DNA of 63,877 bases, counting the filler, from Octopus bimaculoides (taxonomy: Eukaryota), in the NCBI RefSeq assembly GCF_001194135.2. It is 4 parts of 4 records of this genome, joined end to end, with 100 filler letters (N's around TTAATTAATTAA, not from the genome) between each part and the next. Parts side by side here need not be neighbours in the genome. Positions count along the whole stretch, not along the records: positions 60,592 to 63,877 come from NW_026411469.1; 3 more parts are not named here. One strand, given 5' to 3'. The notes under the pieces were generated by a model. The model searched no databases, was not told the DNA's origin, and worked only from the letters and a program-made list of their open reading frames with translations. Positions 63,031 through 63,877 of the stretch are shown here, one piece after another. Numbering within the stretch: the stretch's first letter is position 1; each line of letters starts with the position of its first letter. The position numbers and the translations under genes are program-made.

Positions 63031-63877
63031 GNNNNNNNNNNNNNNNNNNNNNNNNNNNNNNNNNNNNNNNNNNNNNNNNNNNNNNNNNNNNNNNNNNNNN
63101 NNNNNNNNNNNNNNNNNNNNNNNNNNNNNNNNNNNNNNNNNNNNNNNNNNNNNNNNNNNNNNNNNNNNNNNNNNNNNNNNNNNNNNNNNNNNNNNNNNNN
63201 NNNNNNNNNNNNNNNNNNNNNNNNNNNNNNNNNNNNNNNNNNNNNNNNNNNNNNNNNNNNNNNNNNNNNNNNNNNNNNNNNNNNNNNNNNNNNNNNNNNN
63301 NNNNNNNNNNNNNNNNNNNNNNNNNNNNNNNNNNNNNNNNNNNNNNNNNNNNNNNNNNNNNNNNNNNNNNNNNNNNNNNNNNNNNNNNNNNNNNNNNNNN
63401 NNNNNNNNNNNNNNNNNNNNNNNNNNNNNNNNNNNNNNNNNNNNNNNNNNNNNNNNNNNNNNNNNNNNNNNNNNNNNNNNNNNNNNNNNNNNNNNNNNNN
63501 NNNNNNNNNNNNNNNNNNNNNNNNNNNNNNNNNNNNNNNNNNNNNNNNNNNNNNNNNNNNNNNNNNNNNNNNNNNNNNNNNNNNNNNNNNNNNNNNNNNN
63601 NNNNNNNNNNNNNNNNNNNNNNNNNNNNNNNNNNNNNNNNNNNNNNNNNNNNNNNNNNNNNNNNNNNNNNNNNNNNNNNNNNNNNNNNNNNNNNNNNNNN
63701 NNNNNNNNNNNNNNNNNNNNNNNNNNNNNNNNNNNNNNNNNNNNNNNNNNNAGACAAATTATTGAAACAATAAAATAGTAAAAGAATGTGTCACACAACG
63801 CAAATTTGTAACCTGCTGTATTTATGCAGTCATTGATGTTCCCTTATTTTCTCCAGAATTGATTGATAAATATAACC

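Overview
AT-rich, microsatellite-dense eukaryotic genomic DNA with many N gaps. The SINE/LINE complement resembles an octopus (coleoid cephalopod) draft genome; this is inferred from repeat families, not verified. One host gene is present: a GON4L (GON-4-like/mute/YY1AP1 family) homolog on the + strand. I reconstructed 12 consecutive GT-AG coding exons by hand (27787-48411, 2339 nt, about 779 codons, phases consistent, no stop); its 5' and 3' exons were not found. The rest is transposon-derived: a gag-like CCHC ORF, Tx1/L1-like LINEs (one lacking its RT), a cluster of R4/Dong-like LINE fragments in (AAT)n tracts, RTE LINE remnants and many RTE-type 3' ends, Penelope-like RT, a gypsy LTR/gag fragment, a truncated piggyBac, MITEs, a foldback mariner and two tRNA-derived SINE families. 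No rRNA, true tRNA or CRISPR. I found no clearly new protein-coding system. The best leads are structural: a sense piggyBac 10 nt from a GON4L splice donor, a CpG-decay footprint in intronic repeats, inverted repeats flanking frame-preserving exons, microsatellite-targeted LINE insertions, a two-left-ends mariner with a microhomology junction, and a nested hairpin element. Alignments and identities were judged by eye; repeat boundaries are approximate.
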